NCBI RefSeq assembly: GCF_009914755.1
Contig: NC_060935.1
Source: the human T2T-CHM13v2.0 reference genome, Homo sapiens
DNA: 64,000 nucleotides
Strand: one strand, 5' to 3'
Shown: one piece after another, positions 14,461 to 29,571 of the stretch
Layout of the letters: each line of letters opens with the position of its first letter
How positions within the stretch are numbered: the stretch's first letter is position 1
Notes under the pieces: generated by a model
Database searches by the model: none
The model's input: the letters and a program-made list of their open reading frames with translations, nothing else
What the model was told of the DNA's origin: nothing
Translations under genes and position numbers: made by a program

Positions 14461-14772
14461 GGCCGCAGTGGCTCAAGCCGGTAACCCTAGCACTTTGGAA
14501 GGCCAAGGCAGGCAGATCACCTGAGGTCAGGAGTTCGAGAGCAGCCTGGCAAACCTGGTGAAACCCCATCTCTACTAAAAATACAAAAATTAGCCAGGCA
14601 TGGTGGCAGGCTCCTGTAATCTCGGCTGCTCAGGAGGCTGAGCCAGGACAATTGCTTGAACCTGGAGGGCGGAGTTTGCAGTGAGCCAGGGTCGCGCCAC
14701 TGTACTCCAGCCTGGGCGACAGAGTGAGACTCCATCTCAAAATAATAATAATAATTATTATTATTATTATTA
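14461..14772 (+). mobile_element. Alu (S) with (AAT)n(ATT)n tail
   Basis: Alu consensus match. Confidence 0.93.
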
Positions 14773-15214
14773 TAGCAGGAAGTGACTCAGTGACAAGAAG
14801 TAACATACAGGTGATGACGGGCTGAGCCCACCAAAAAATATCCCCACCCTCAAAAACCATTCCTTCTTTGTCCATAAAGTCGATGAAGGCAGATGCTTCT
14901 CACCCTAGACCTCAGGTCTTCAGGTCCCTCGTAGCAGCTCTGAGAGTCCTCAGTGTGGAGCCCCATGTCAAGCATTCCCTAAGTGAAAACAATAATCAGT
15001 TTAGTAATTTGGGAGCCATCAAGAACTCATTCATGGCTTAGATATTGTCAAATATGTGCAAGTGAAATTACTGCTCCTTGTTCTTCGGGGGTGAGGTGGT
15101 ATTACATACCTCTATCTTATCTCTTAGGCTGCTTTGCTTGCCCTATTGTTTTAGAAGGTGATTAGCTTTTTTTCTGGTTGGTGTGCAAGACCCATATAAC
15201 TTAGGTGGTCATTT

Positions 15215-15716
15215 TGTAATGCCCAACTTTGTTTTTTCCTTTATTCACCTAGCCTTGTTTCTCCCTTAGCTAAGAGAACCAGACAAACTCCATCTTGGCT
15301 CTTTCACTGGCAGCCCCTTCCTCAAGGACTTAACTTGTGCAAGCTGACTCCCAGCACATCCAAGAATGCAATTAACTGATAAGATACTGTGGCAAGCTAT
15401 ATCCGCAGTCCCCAAGATAACGCCCAAAACCCCGCGTCTATCACCTTGTAAGTCTTAAAGCCCCTGCACCTGGAACTGTTTACTTTCCTGTAACCATTTA
15501 TCCTTTTAACTTTTTGACTACTTGACTTCTGTAAAATTGTTCTAACTAGACCCCCCCACTCCCCTTCCTAAACCAAGGTATAAAAGTTAATCAAGACCCT
15601 TCCTCGGGGCTGAGAGAATTTTGAGCGTTAGCCGTCTCTTTGGCCGCCGGCTTAAATAAAGGACTCTTAATTCGTCTCAAAGTGTGGCGTTTTCTCTAAC
15701 TCGTTTAGGTATAACA
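15215..15716 (+). mobile_element. Solo LTR6 (LTR6A/6B; HERV-T/HERVS71)
   Basis: TG...CA termini, perfect 4-bp TSD ATTT (15211-14, 15717-20), TATAAAA and AATAAA; sequence matches recalled LTR6 consensus. Confidence 0.8.
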
Positions 15717-15924
15717 ATTTGATCTACTGATGCTGAACACTAGGGATTCCAAAACTTTTTATTGCTAAGAAGGAGTCAGCTGCCTGAAAGTCTGGGGGAA
15801 GAGTTTTCCAGGCAGATGGAACAGAGACAAAAAGGCTCTAGGGCAAGAGTGATCTTGGTGAGTTCAGGAAACAAAAGTTTGGTGAGGCTGAAATGCAGGG
15901 AGCAGCCGGAAAATGGCATGAAAA

Positions 15925-16246
<322 letters not shown>

Positions 16247-16573
16247 TCAACTATGGGATCCTTGCAATGTAGGGTATGAAATCTGGACAGGGATGGGCTG
16301 CCAGAAGAGATAGGAATGTCCCCTTTGGAGTCCCCAATTTAACATTACAGAATGGCAGAGAAAGTGAGACTGAGGAAACCCATTCCAACCATGCTGAGCC
16401 CCTAAACAAAGGAGGCTGTTAGAAATGAGGTGGGTGATTGGGAGGAAACACAAAGACCACCAGTTTGCAACACAAAAAGCAAGTGGCCTGAATAACTTTG
16501 TTAAGCACCACACCAACTTCTTCAACTTAGAGAACAAGGGTGGTTCGAGAGGATATTTGAGATATAATCCTGA

Positions 16574-17076
<503 letters not shown>

Positions 17077-18072
17077 TAAAAATGTGTAGCTAGAATATAT
17101 AGGGTTTTAACATGTTGTCTGATGGTATGTATGGTTGAAACGGAGGCTAAAGTCCTGAAAGGCAAAACAAATAAAATGCTGAAAGGTAACACTACCCTGT
17201 AGATCTCAGTTGTGTCACTTGAGAAAAAATGAGGATGTTAAAGTCTTAGGTATTTGTTTTTAGAGGGCTTATTTGAAAATTATTTACCTCTTGCATCTGG
17301 AGTTTCTGTATACTGAAGCCGCCATCATCTCTCAACTGTGTTATTGTAATATTAATAACTAACTTATCTTTCTGCTCCCATGCTTGCATCCTTACATGTG
17401 TTCCCCAAACAGCAGTCTCAGTGAATCTTCTAAAAACTACTAAACAAGTTTTTAGAACTTCTAAAGCCCTAAAATCAGGACTTCTTTTTCCTAATAAGTG
17501 GTTGCCTAGGTTACTTAGTTCAACCCTTCTGCTGAAAATAATTTTAAAAAGAAAAACTGGACAAAATATAAGAAATATTTTCTTAAAATCAATAAAGAGA
17601 TGACAAAACAGTAAGGAATTATCATTTCAAAAAGTGAAGGGAAAGCTTAGAGGGTTTGGAAACCGTGGAAACCACTTTTGCCCTGAAGGCACTTGCATAT
17701 TCTCCCATTTCTAATATTTGACACCGTCACTGGGGGTCTCAGTGTACAGAAATCAAGGCCAGGGGCTGGCAAAGTAGGGAGTCTCATAGAAGACTGTGGT
17801 GGACAGGCTCTAAGCTCCCTCCACCCTAAGTGTCGGGAAAGGGACCTGTGACTTTCATGTAACTGACAGAAAGTGGCAAACTGATGGGATATCACTCCCA
17901 GGGTAGTTATGTTATAAAAGACTAGGTCTTGTTAGTAAACTCTCTCTCCATTGCAAGCTGTGAAGAAGGAAGCTGTCGTAAAGTAAGTGGCCACATTGGA
18001 GTAGCCCACATGGCAAGGAACTTAGGGCAGCTTCCAGCAAAAAATTAAAGCTACAGACTCAAGACACCCCAT

Positions 18073-19635
18073 TGTCAGAGGCATGTGAACCAGAGCAACT
18101 CCATCTTGAATAGGAGCTGGGTAAAATAAGGCTGGGACCTGCTAGGCTGCATTCCCAGGTGGTTAAGATATTCTAAGTCACAGGATGAGTTAGGAGGTCG
18201 GCACAAAATGCAAGTCATAAAGACCTTGCTGATGAAACAGTTTGCAGTAGAGAAGCCGGCTAAAACCCACCAAAAGCAAGAGAGTGATGAGAGTGACCTT
18301 TGGTCATCCTCACTGCTACACTCCCGCCAGCACCATGAGTTTATAAATTACCCTATATGGTCTAAAAAGGGGAGGCATGGAAAATCTACCCCTTTTTTTA
18401 AGCATATCATCAAGAAATAAACATAAAAATGGCAACCAGCTGCCCTCAGGCTGCTTTGTAACCATTTTTTTTATTCTACTTACTTTCTTAATCAACTTGC
18501 TTTCACTTTACTCTATGGACTCGCCCTGAATTATTTCTTGCGCAAGATCCAAGAACCCTCTCTTGGGGTCTGAATCAGGACCCTTTCCTGTAACATCTTT
18601 CTGGCAACCACAGAAGGGAATATAGTGTGGAAACCCCTGACCCAAAGGGTAACTTTGGATAAGTGGTGGGTTCCTGTGGCATCTTTCTCATGAGCCACAG
18701 AAGGGACAATACTGAGGAGACCCACCAACCCAAAGGAAATAGACCGCAGCACTGATTGGACGACTTTGGGTAAGTGGTGGAGTACGCAGGTAAAGAATGG
18801 GATTGGGTTAGAGGCCCAACTTAGGCTAGTTAGAGTCTCTTCCAAAACAGAATGAGTTAGAGGCCCCTCTTAATAAAAGGCAAGGATACTTGACTGACCT
18901 TGGGTTAGAGGCCCAACTTAGGAGGGTTAGAGTCCCTCCTAAGATTTAGAGGGTTAGAGGCCCCTCTCAGTAAAGTCCCTCTCATCTAAGAACAGGTTTG
19001 GCATTATGGGATGTTAACTGCTATTTTCTTTGGATTAATCTGCCTTGCACTCTTTGCTGATGGCTATGAGTGACAGAATTAGGCACGTACAGGATCGTGG
19101 GACATGGGGAGCTTTTTGCTTCCTAAAAGGGGAAACTTGAGAGCTGGTGGGACTGCTGGAAAAGATCCCTTCTCGACCAACAAGCGGCCGCCTGAACTTT
19201 TCAGGGTCGCTGCAATGGGTGGGTCTTTCTCTGGCCTCCCTGAGAGCCTCGCCTTCCCCACCCTGCCACAAGCAATGCTTTTCTTTCTCTCATTTCTTTT
19301 TTTTTCTATTACTCAGGGTGACCATCTTGCCCAGAGAACACATGTTGAAACTCCTGGTCGGAGGTTGGATTTATGATGATAGGGGCAAGTTTGAGCCTTG
19401 CCAGTTTGATACTGGGTGCTAAGTAGAGTGGTTAATGTCTATGTTTTGTCACACATATTTTGCTCTGACCAGAACAGAAAAAGATAATTTTCCTTTGTGT
19501 TGCGTCTTGGCCCACAGGGCTGTGGTGCAGCCAGACGGGTCACTAGGGACGCTCAGGGAAAGGGAACCCAGAGACCTGGCATGCCAGCAAAAGGATAAGA
19601 ATGTGTTACCAGTCAGATGCCTGGCCTCTCTCTCT

Positions 19636-19676
<41 letters not shown>

Positions 19677-22600
19677 CTGCATGAGGTTTCCCTCTGGTCA
19701 GTCATGTCCTTGGGAGCCTGACCTTGTAACCATGTGGCTGTGCTTTCTCTTTTCACAATGGTGGCCCAAGTTTAGGGTGCATTTCTGGCTTACGGATGAA
19801 TCCTTTATCTTCTGTCTGTCTGTGTATTTGTATGTGTTGTGTGTGTGACGTTTATATCTAAAAGAGCTTTGATTAATTGGTTTAATAGTAATAAAAGCTT
19901 AAATCAAATATTTTGTCAGAAAAGTAAAAAGTATAATGCCTTTTAGTTCATGTGACTTAAGTAATCCTCAGAAAATAAAGACAGTTTTAAAGATTATTGG
20001 TAAAATAAAAATATCTTCAAAAATGTAAACATTTGGTCTAAATTACACAGGTTAGATATTAAGTTTGCTAAAGGCTTTAAGGTCATAAACTGCTTCTTTG
20101 ACGTTTAAAAATTGTTCAATTTACCTCCCTTGGAGATATTAGATTGTAGGTAAGACCTGGACACATGTGGAGTTAGCCATGTCCCCTAGCTATGCTGGAG
20201 GGTCAGCTCTTATCTGCACTTCTGCCTGGTATGTCCTAGGCTAGGCTCCACACCTAGTACATCATTAAAATCCCAAACTTACCAAGGTTTTCACCAAAAA
20301 TAAAAGTTGCCAGGAGTTAACATTATAACATGTAATTGAGACTACTGAGGAAACGGTTCTACATGTAAGGCATGTAAAAAAAAGTAAAACGTGTTTTTGG
20401 TAAAAGATTATAAGAAGGCATAGGAATGTGGATTTTTTGCCTAAGTTTAAAGGGTCAAAGGATTGTTTTAAGTTAAATAAAATAAAGCTAAAGGTTTGAA
20501 CAAGTTATCGAAGGCTTGTAAAGAACTAATTGTAAAAGAAATTCTGTGTGTAAACATGTTGGCTAAAGTTAAAGTGGCATTATTCAGTTTTTCTGTAAAC
20601 TGAACATTGGAACAAAAGCACAACAGGTTTTTCTTAGAGCAAAAACCTGCTTATAATCTGCTCTTTAACAAAAATTTTTAAGGGTTATAAAAGGTTTATG
20701 AGAATCTTACCTTATGGCCAAACATTAAAATTTGGTAGATTTGTCTATAAGGTTTTATTAAGAACTGGGTTTGACATCAATAATGCCCTAATGCAACAGT
20801 GACATTTGGCTTTTTTGGCATAAAAATCATACAGGAAGCATTATTAAATATAAAATAGTGTTTAGCTTTCTTTGGGCTGTATTTGTATAAATGTGTTATT
20901 GGTATGTGTTCCAAAATTATTTTAAAACTCCTGTAATTCTGACAGGACTTAGTGTACGATTGTTACATAAAATCCTTGTGTGCCACAAAGGTACTCAAAA
21001 TTTCCTAGTCAATTTTGGCTTGACTGTGCTAAAACTTTTTGTCATCCATAAAAAAATTGTAGTCTCGTTTTGTTCCTCTTTAGAAGGTGGTTTACAATCA
21101 GCTATAGAGCTATACAGGGGCTCTTAAATGCAGGTTTTCTGGTAACTTCGGAGATTGTGACATCAGAATAGAGGAAAAAAACTTTCAGAGCTCTCACAGG
21201 GAGCTGAAATGTTCATGAATATCAAACAAAAGTTAACTGCATAGAGTAACTAAAGAAGTCTGAAGTATCTTCTAAACTTTTTGCTTAAAACGTTTTTGCT
21301 TAAATCCTTTGTTTTGTTTTTCAGAGTCAAGAAAACTTTTTTTTGAGCTATTTACAGCTTTTAGCAATTGAGTAAAGTATACTCCTCCGAACAAAATTTG
21401 GAGCTTATTTGTTTCTCTCTACCTGATTTCTCCAGAATTTGGAAACTAGTTGTGAATATTCTTAAGTTATGGCAATATAGGTATTTGCATAAGTGCAATA
21501 AGAATGTTTTCTTTTGCAACAGGACACAATTGGAGAAATTGGTTATTTTACCAACACTTTGATTGGAATGGTGTGCTTTTCTTTAAGCAATCAAACTTGA
21601 CTTGTAAAGCCAATAAAAGCCCCTTGGGCAATTGGCCTCAGACCTTGTCTACAAGGTCCCCATACAAGGTATGGATAACAGTCCCCATACAAGGTTTCTG
21701 ACCTGTGGTAAGTAAAGAATGTCACTTTCTAACAGGTCCAGAAGCCCCAGGTTATCTTGCGACCCCAAGAGGAGAGGAATTTATTCAACTCATAGGTATT
21801 CGAGGGTACAAACCCATGAAAGGGCTCGGCTCTAAAAAAGTCTTATGTAAGATTCCTTCTAGGGAACAGAGTTCCATCAAAGCCTGTGCAAAAAGAGCTT
21901 ATGAAAAAAATAATTATTTTTGCTGCACTTTATACAAGTAATCAGGCCAAGCAAAACAAAGCAAATTGGTCTTACCATAACTTATCTTTAGTAAAAATGG
22001 GACACTGGAGAGAGAAATTATGTTTCAAGAACTGTGGTACACTGTTTATTAAATTCTAGTCTCATCAGTTGTTTTTAAGTTTGTTTCTGCAATTTAGGCT
22101 AACGCTGCTTATTTCTGTGAACCAACCAGAAATCTCTGACTGCTGCTCAGAAGAAACAAAAGGGAAAGGTAATGTGAAAATCTGAATCAGTATTCTAATT
22201 CTGGGCATGTACTGGAATCATCTAGCAACCCTATATCAGCTTGGTTCCAATAGTTGCCCAATTCATATAAAGCCTTCTAATTTAGTTTACTTGAGATAGT
22301 TTTACTTATTTTGCTTTACTGTTGTGGAATATATTGCTGTTGTACTCTTTGTGTAGGAATGTAGGATAAGCTTACTGAACGTTTTCTTAAACTAAATACA
22401 TATTAATCTTCGAGATATCACCTTTTCTCGGAACTCAAAGTTATGATTGGCCCTTGCCATACCAATGCTTTCTGATTGAGTTCCTCTCTACCCTAAACAC
22501 AAGAGGCTCTAATAGCTAGGCAGGAATATCATCACCCCTATTCAGGTGAAGCCGTTACAAAAGATGGATCGTCATCCCTCTGCAACCTTAGGATTAAGGG

Positions 22601-23182
22601 TTCTCCTATAAAAGGCAGAAGGGACATGTCAGAGGCATATGAACCAGAACAACTCCATCTTGAATAGGAGCTGGGTAAAATAAGGCTGAGACCTGCTAGG
22701 CTGCATTCCCAGACAGTTTAGTCATTCTAAGTCACAGGATGAGTTAGGAGGTTAGCGCAAAATACAAGTCATAAAGATGTTGCTGATAAAACAGGTTGCA
22801 GTAAAGAAGCTGGCTAAAACCCACCAAAAGCAAGATAGTGATGAGAGTGATCTCTGGTCATCCTCACTGCTACACTCCCACCAGCACCAATGACAGTTTA
22901 CAAATGCCATGGCAACGTGAGGAAGTTACGCCATATGGTCTAAAAATGGGAGGCATGAATAATCCACCCCTTGTTTAGGATATCATCAAGAAATAACCAT
23001 AAAAATGGGCAACCAGCAGCCCTCAGGGCTACTCTTGTCTATGGAGTAGCCATTCTTTTATTCTTCTACTTTCTTAATAAACTTGCTTTCACTTTACTCT
23101 GTGGACTCGCCCTGAATTATTTCTTGCGCAAGATCTAAGAACCCTCACTTGGGGTCTGAATCAGGACCCCTTTCCTTTAGCA
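18073..23182 (+). mobile_element. MER41 provirus (5' LTR 18073-18595, non-coding internal region, 3' LTR 22627-23182), MER41A-like
   Basis: Two direct repeats starting TGTCAGAGGCAT.GAACCAGA; PBS-like TGGCAACCAC(A)GAAGGGA after the 5' LTR; purine tract before the 3' LTR; inserted into an old L1 ORF1 fragment. Confidence 0.9.
19641..19673. repeat. (TG)n microsatellite in the MER41 internal region
   Basis: About 16 TG units. Confidence 0.95.
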
Positions 23183-24306
23183 CTACGAATTCCAGCAAGT
23201 ACAAAAGAAATACACACATAGAGCCATCATAGTGAAGATAAAGAAAACCAACGAAAAAGAGAAAAGCTTCAAAGCTGCTAGGGAAAAATATAAATTATGT
23301 TTAAAGAGAGGTATATAACATGTGAGAGGCATGTCTGAAGAATCTGATTCATTAGGTTTAGGGCAAAGCCCAGGAATCTGACTTTTTAACAAACATCCAA
23401 GTGACTCTTACCTTTGTGGAATATTGGGAATATGGTTAGGAGGTGAGGATTACAAAGTTGGTCACACCACTGATCAATTTGAGTGAAGAAATATTCCCCA
23501 CTATAGGAAAGGAGAGGAGAAACTGCAGGCAAGGGGCTAGATCTGAGAAGATGTAACATGGTCCATCCCTAGATAGGTTCACTCACGTTTGGAAGGCACA
23601 GATGTGCAGGAAATAAAATTTTAAGGCAAGCCAACTATGATCTCCTTGAATGGGCAATAATGGGCAAAATAGAGGTTTTGACTGTGGGGGTCTGAGAAAG
23701 CTTTGTGGAGGAAGTACCTTCTGAGCTAGGCGCTCTCTACAGCTCTAAAATTCTTCCCAGGTGAATATGAAAAGAGAGTCAAATTCCAAGAATGACAAGT
23801 AGTTTTGAGCAAAGGAAGAAAGGTACAAAATGCCAGAGCTGGTTTGAGTAAAAACAAAAAAATTGAGCTATTTCTTCCATACCCGAAGAGAAAATGCTAT
23901 GCTAAGTGGATGGAGAGGTAGAAAAGGGCCAGGTGGAAATGACTGGACAGTTTGAAAATCTGTTGCAGAGGTCTGACTAAATTGTGGGAGAGAATGGGTA
24001 GGTGAGAAGAGAACGCGGACCCTGAAAAATCTACTGAGACCAGGAGCCCCTGAGATAGGCAAAGCCCAAGGTCAGTTCCTGCCTCAGGAGCCCCAATCCC
24101 CACACTTTCAAGGGTCACTTTCTGACTCCATAACTGACCAACAAATTCTGAGACTTTAGCTTCAAAATGCCAAAACCCTCTGCTAATTCATTCCAGTGGT
24201 AGGGACCCTGTAAGTCCCCTCCTGAAACTTTCAACACTTCTCTGCCTGCTCTAACCCCTGCCTACTCATCTAGCATCTTTCACTTGTTCAAAAGTCCTGT
24301 TTGTTC

Positions 24307-24417
24307 TGTGAAAGGAAAAAATAGAACGGGTGGCAGGTTTTCCCAGTGCAGTTCCCAGCTTGACTTTTCCCTTTGGCTTAGTGATTTGGGGGTCCCAAGA
24401 TTTACTTTCCTTTTACC
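24307..24417 (-). mobile_element. MER4A-like LTR mini-fragment with inverted termini and TSD GTTC
   Basis: Reverse complement of the MER4-type LTR 5' end (...GACTTTTCCCTTTGGCTTAGTGATTT...); GTTC at 24303-06 and 24418-21. Confidence 0.65.
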
Positions 24418-25176
24418 GTTCCTACATCAGGAATGATTTCTCTCTTTTCATTAGCAATTTCTTCTTTTCTCCTCCTCTTCATTTGACTAACTTATTATAC
24501 TTCTTTGTCAGGTCTCTATTTAAAAATTTCTTACTCAAAAGAAGCCTTTCCTACTCCTTTAGTCTAAACTGTCCTCCACTCGTTACCTGTTACGCCCTTC
24601 TAATTTTTCGTCATAGCATGTACAAATATTTAAGATTACATGCTTATTTTTGTTGTGGCTCTCTCCTTTCACACAGTAAGCTCTGGGACCTATCTGTGTC
24701 CTTCACCACCCTTTACTCGGTACCTAGCCCAGAGCTCACTCTCACCATTAATATTTGTTTTAAAGAGAGAGGAAGGAGAGGATTGCGACCTTAATAACTC
24801 TTAGCCCACAGCCTTGGCATACCCCCTTCTCAGGACCCTCTGAATTCTCAAGAGCCTCTTGCCTTTCCTGTCTTCTTCTCTAGAGTGTGTGCCTGGGTTC
24901 AAATCCTGGTGTTAATATTCACTAGCTGTGTTACACTGGATAAGTGGTCTATACTGTTTAAATCTCGGTTTTCTGAGGTGATAGCAGTTACCTCATAGGG
25001 TTGTCAGGAGGATTATGAGAAAATCCATGTGAAACATCTAACAGAGTACCTGGAAAATTATTGATAAAGATTAGCTGCCATTGTTATTGTCATTAATAAC
25101 TAGCAATCTCTAAGATTCAAGCTATTGGGCTTTTTTCCCACAAGAAAGTTCTCATTATATATATAAATCTGTGTAT

Positions 25177-25179
<3 letters not shown>

Positions 25180-25228
<49 letters not shown>

Positions 25229-25262
25229 GTAATATACGTATGTATATATACTTACATATATA
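25180..25262. repeat. Compound (TA)n(CA)n microsatellite
   Basis: Read directly. Confidence 0.95.
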
Positions 25263-26139
25263 AAGAGTTCTTATAAATCAATAAGAAAATACAAGCACAA
25301 TAGGAAAATGAGCAAACATTATAAACATGCAAATTCATAGAAATATGTTTAAAAATTGTAATGTTATTATCAGAGTAAAAAGGAGAGATGGAGTATAGTC
25401 TGACTCTCAGGTACTCCCATAACTTTCCTGCTATAGTTCCTCCCACTGGTGTTGGGGAAGAAGGAAAAGCAGAAAGGCAGCATCCCCTTCCTTAGCCAGG
25501 TGACGCTGTGCTCCCGTCTCTGTGGGTGGTTACTGCTTCTCTGGCTAACACAGACTGGCGTGATGGCCTCTGTGAGGCAGGTGTCCAGATCCTGGCACTT
25601 CTGGAGCATATATGTAGTTATCTGGAGGTCACATATTTGTCTAATTCTTCTCATGCCCCCTTATAATACCCCCCACCAGAAATGTATTTGTAGGAATCCT
25701 CAGTGATGCCTCTGTATGCCTTCCATGAGATCCCTTGTATGCGCTCCCTCGTATGCAGTCTCAGTGAGATCTCAGCTCCATTCCTTGGAGTACTTCAACC
25801 ACCCTGGGACACTGCTGTCACCACCACCAGGGTTTCACTACTCTAGAACTGTGAAGTTTTCCTCCAAATGCAGAGGGAACACCCCTCCTCCCCCCCAACT
25901 CTATACAACAGAGATTCTAAATAAGCAAGGTGGTATAGTTATTGTAAGAGAATTCCGCAATAGACTCCTCCAAGGAGATTTGGTGGCTGAAGAATCTAAA
26001 GGTCTTCCCCTGGAAGTGGTCCCAGAGCATGGCCCTGGGGAGAGCACTGGGGCTTACATTGCTCACTTCCACCTTCATTCCCCTCTTTTGTTTTTTAATC
26101 TTTCCCTCAATTTATTTCCTTCTTAAAAAGATGATTTAG

Positions 26140-26268
26140 CAGGGTGATCCCCTGGGAATTGTTAGAAATCAAGGCTCTCAAGCCCATCCCAGACCTTCTA
26201 AATCAGAACCTGTACTTTAACAACACCCCTAGATCATTCCCATACAAATTACAGTTTGAAAAGTACTG
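26140..26268. mobile_element. MER5A-like hAT fragment
   Basis: gttagaaat...cccagacct.ctaaatcagaa.ctg.a.tttaacaa...agtttgaaaagtactg. Confidence 0.55.
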
Positions 26269-26548
26269 ATACATAGGACAGAATTTTTGGATTCTCCCAC
26301 CCCAGTTATTCACACTTAAGTTCATTTTTAGCCCCACAGCTCCATTCCCTGCCTTTGGCCTGTGGTCTTCACTGCCAGCAAGGACTCCTTGCCTAATTAG
26401 CTAGTCAGCCTACAGGGTCTACCGCAGTAGTGCTGCAGGGATTCCATTTAGGCAGCTTTACTTCTGTTCATTTTGAAGCAATGTTGGTATCATCTGCACC
26501 AGTAACTCCATAATACCCTCTTCTTCAGGTGTGTTTTAAGATATTTCA

Positions 26549-26857
<309 letters not shown>

Positions 26858-27182
26858 TTATAAAGAAGGAATTGATTATAATGCACCTACTCGTTAGCAA
26901 ATGCACACAAACATTCACTGTACTTAGAAATAAAGAGCACAGTTTACACTGAAATCATACATGCACATGGTCCTTAAAGATAATTCTTTCATCAGCTCAT
27001 AACTTATATCAAAGATTGGTAAGGACAGTACCACTCTCAGCAGAGAGGCAGAAAAGGGCTCTAGCTGGTGTCTACCTGCCACTCTAAGGTGCAAAGCCTC
27101 TAGAATTCACTGAGAGGTTCTTTGGCATGCTTCCTAGGACATAAGTCTCAGAAAATACAAAGACCTGCCTTGTAAGGTTTTA

Positions 27183-27647
<465 letters not shown>

Positions 27648-27864
27648 TCAGAAAGTTATTTTCCGGCTTGATTGTTTTGTCCTTTGTAGTTGACAAATTT
27701 CTCAGAGACTGCAGGGTATTTTTCTGATTCAAATATCCTCAGGATAAAAGTTTCTCAAGTCCTGTTTAGTTACCGGAGAAGGATATTAGTTTGTTCACTA
27801 GAGGTTAGGAAAGAGACTGTCTTCTTTGGAGCAAACTTGTATAGTCATTATGTTAAAAGGGTAG

Positions 27865-28220
27865 TGCTATGGTTTGAGTGTGGCTCCCAAAAGCACATGA
27901 TGGAAACTTAATCACCATTGTAATAGATTAAGGGGTGGAATCTTCAAGAGATGATTAGGCCATAAAAGTTCTTCTCTTATAAGTAGATTAATGTTTTTGT
28001 TGCAGGAGTGGGTTCCTTAGTTGGCCCTCATTTGCTCTCTCTCTCACCCTGTCTTTGCCCTTCCAACACGGGTTAACACAGCAAGAAGGCCCTCACCAGA
28101 AGCTGGCCCCTTGATCTTGGACTTTCCAGCCTCCCAAACTCTGAGCCGATAAATTTCTCTTCACTGTAATTTACCCAGTCTGTGGTATTCTGTTACAGCA
28201 GCACAAAAAAGACTAAAACA
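27865..28220 (+). mobile_element. MaLR MST-type solo LTR
   Basis: tgctatggtttgagtgt...gactaaaaca termini; typical MST body. Confidence 0.8.
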
Positions 28221-29154
28221 GATGGCATTTAATAGGATGCAATCATAAGGCAACTTTATTTTTTAACCTGCTCCCTCTGCTCAGGGGCTAGTTTCTTCCT
28301 TGCCCCTTAGTAAAACCTCAGGTAGGTGGGTTCCTGTAGCTTCTCCAGACACTCAGAAAAATTAAAAAGTACTCCAGTCATTTTTAGTCATAAAACAGTC
28401 TCATAATAGTCAAAACTCTGAACTTTAAGGCAAATTTTTCTTCTTTCTCTCCTTCCCCAGCCCAAGCCGATTCAGGCTGGAAGCTGAATATACTCAGAGG
28501 TTCATTCAGGAAGCCTGAACTCAAGAGAAGGAGGCAGGGGCAGGGGAAGGGGCAGGGGTGGGGGTGTGGGTAGGCATTGGCACAGCTAGCTTCTTTGTTT
28601 TCCAGCCTAATCCTTCTACTTCTCCTCCCCTACTTTCTCTGGGGTATGGATCTGACAGGGTTTGGGGTAGAGGTGGGAGAAGGAAAGAGCGAGAAAGGAG
28701 AAAAGGCCTTAGTTCAGGGGAACAGTAGTACTTGGTGGTAGTGTTCCATGATCTTTGCAGATGCTTACTATGGACTCCTCACACAGGACACTTATGTGGA
28801 GCCCTTACAGATGGCTCCACTGAACACATTGGTCTGTAACAGACCCTCCTGCTGGCCACTTACTCCATACGTTTCTGCGTTTGATTCTAACCCCCTGCTG
28901 CCTAGCACCCTTTAGGAGGAAGCCGACTTACTGAAGTGGGATCTCCTGGAAAACAATCTTCATGTTTATATTTTCCCTTCCCCTATCTGGTTCACAAGAA
29001 ATACACGCTCCAGCCCTACTTTTAATCTTTGCCTTTGCCTTTAATATTCTCCAGCATGGGGCAAAGACCAGTCACTTTGGGCCTGTCAATTCTACAGACA
29101 TTGTTTTCCAGCTTTTCCAGCTGATCTTTTAAAGCCCCATCTCACGAGACTTAG

Positions 29155-29571
<417 letters not shown>

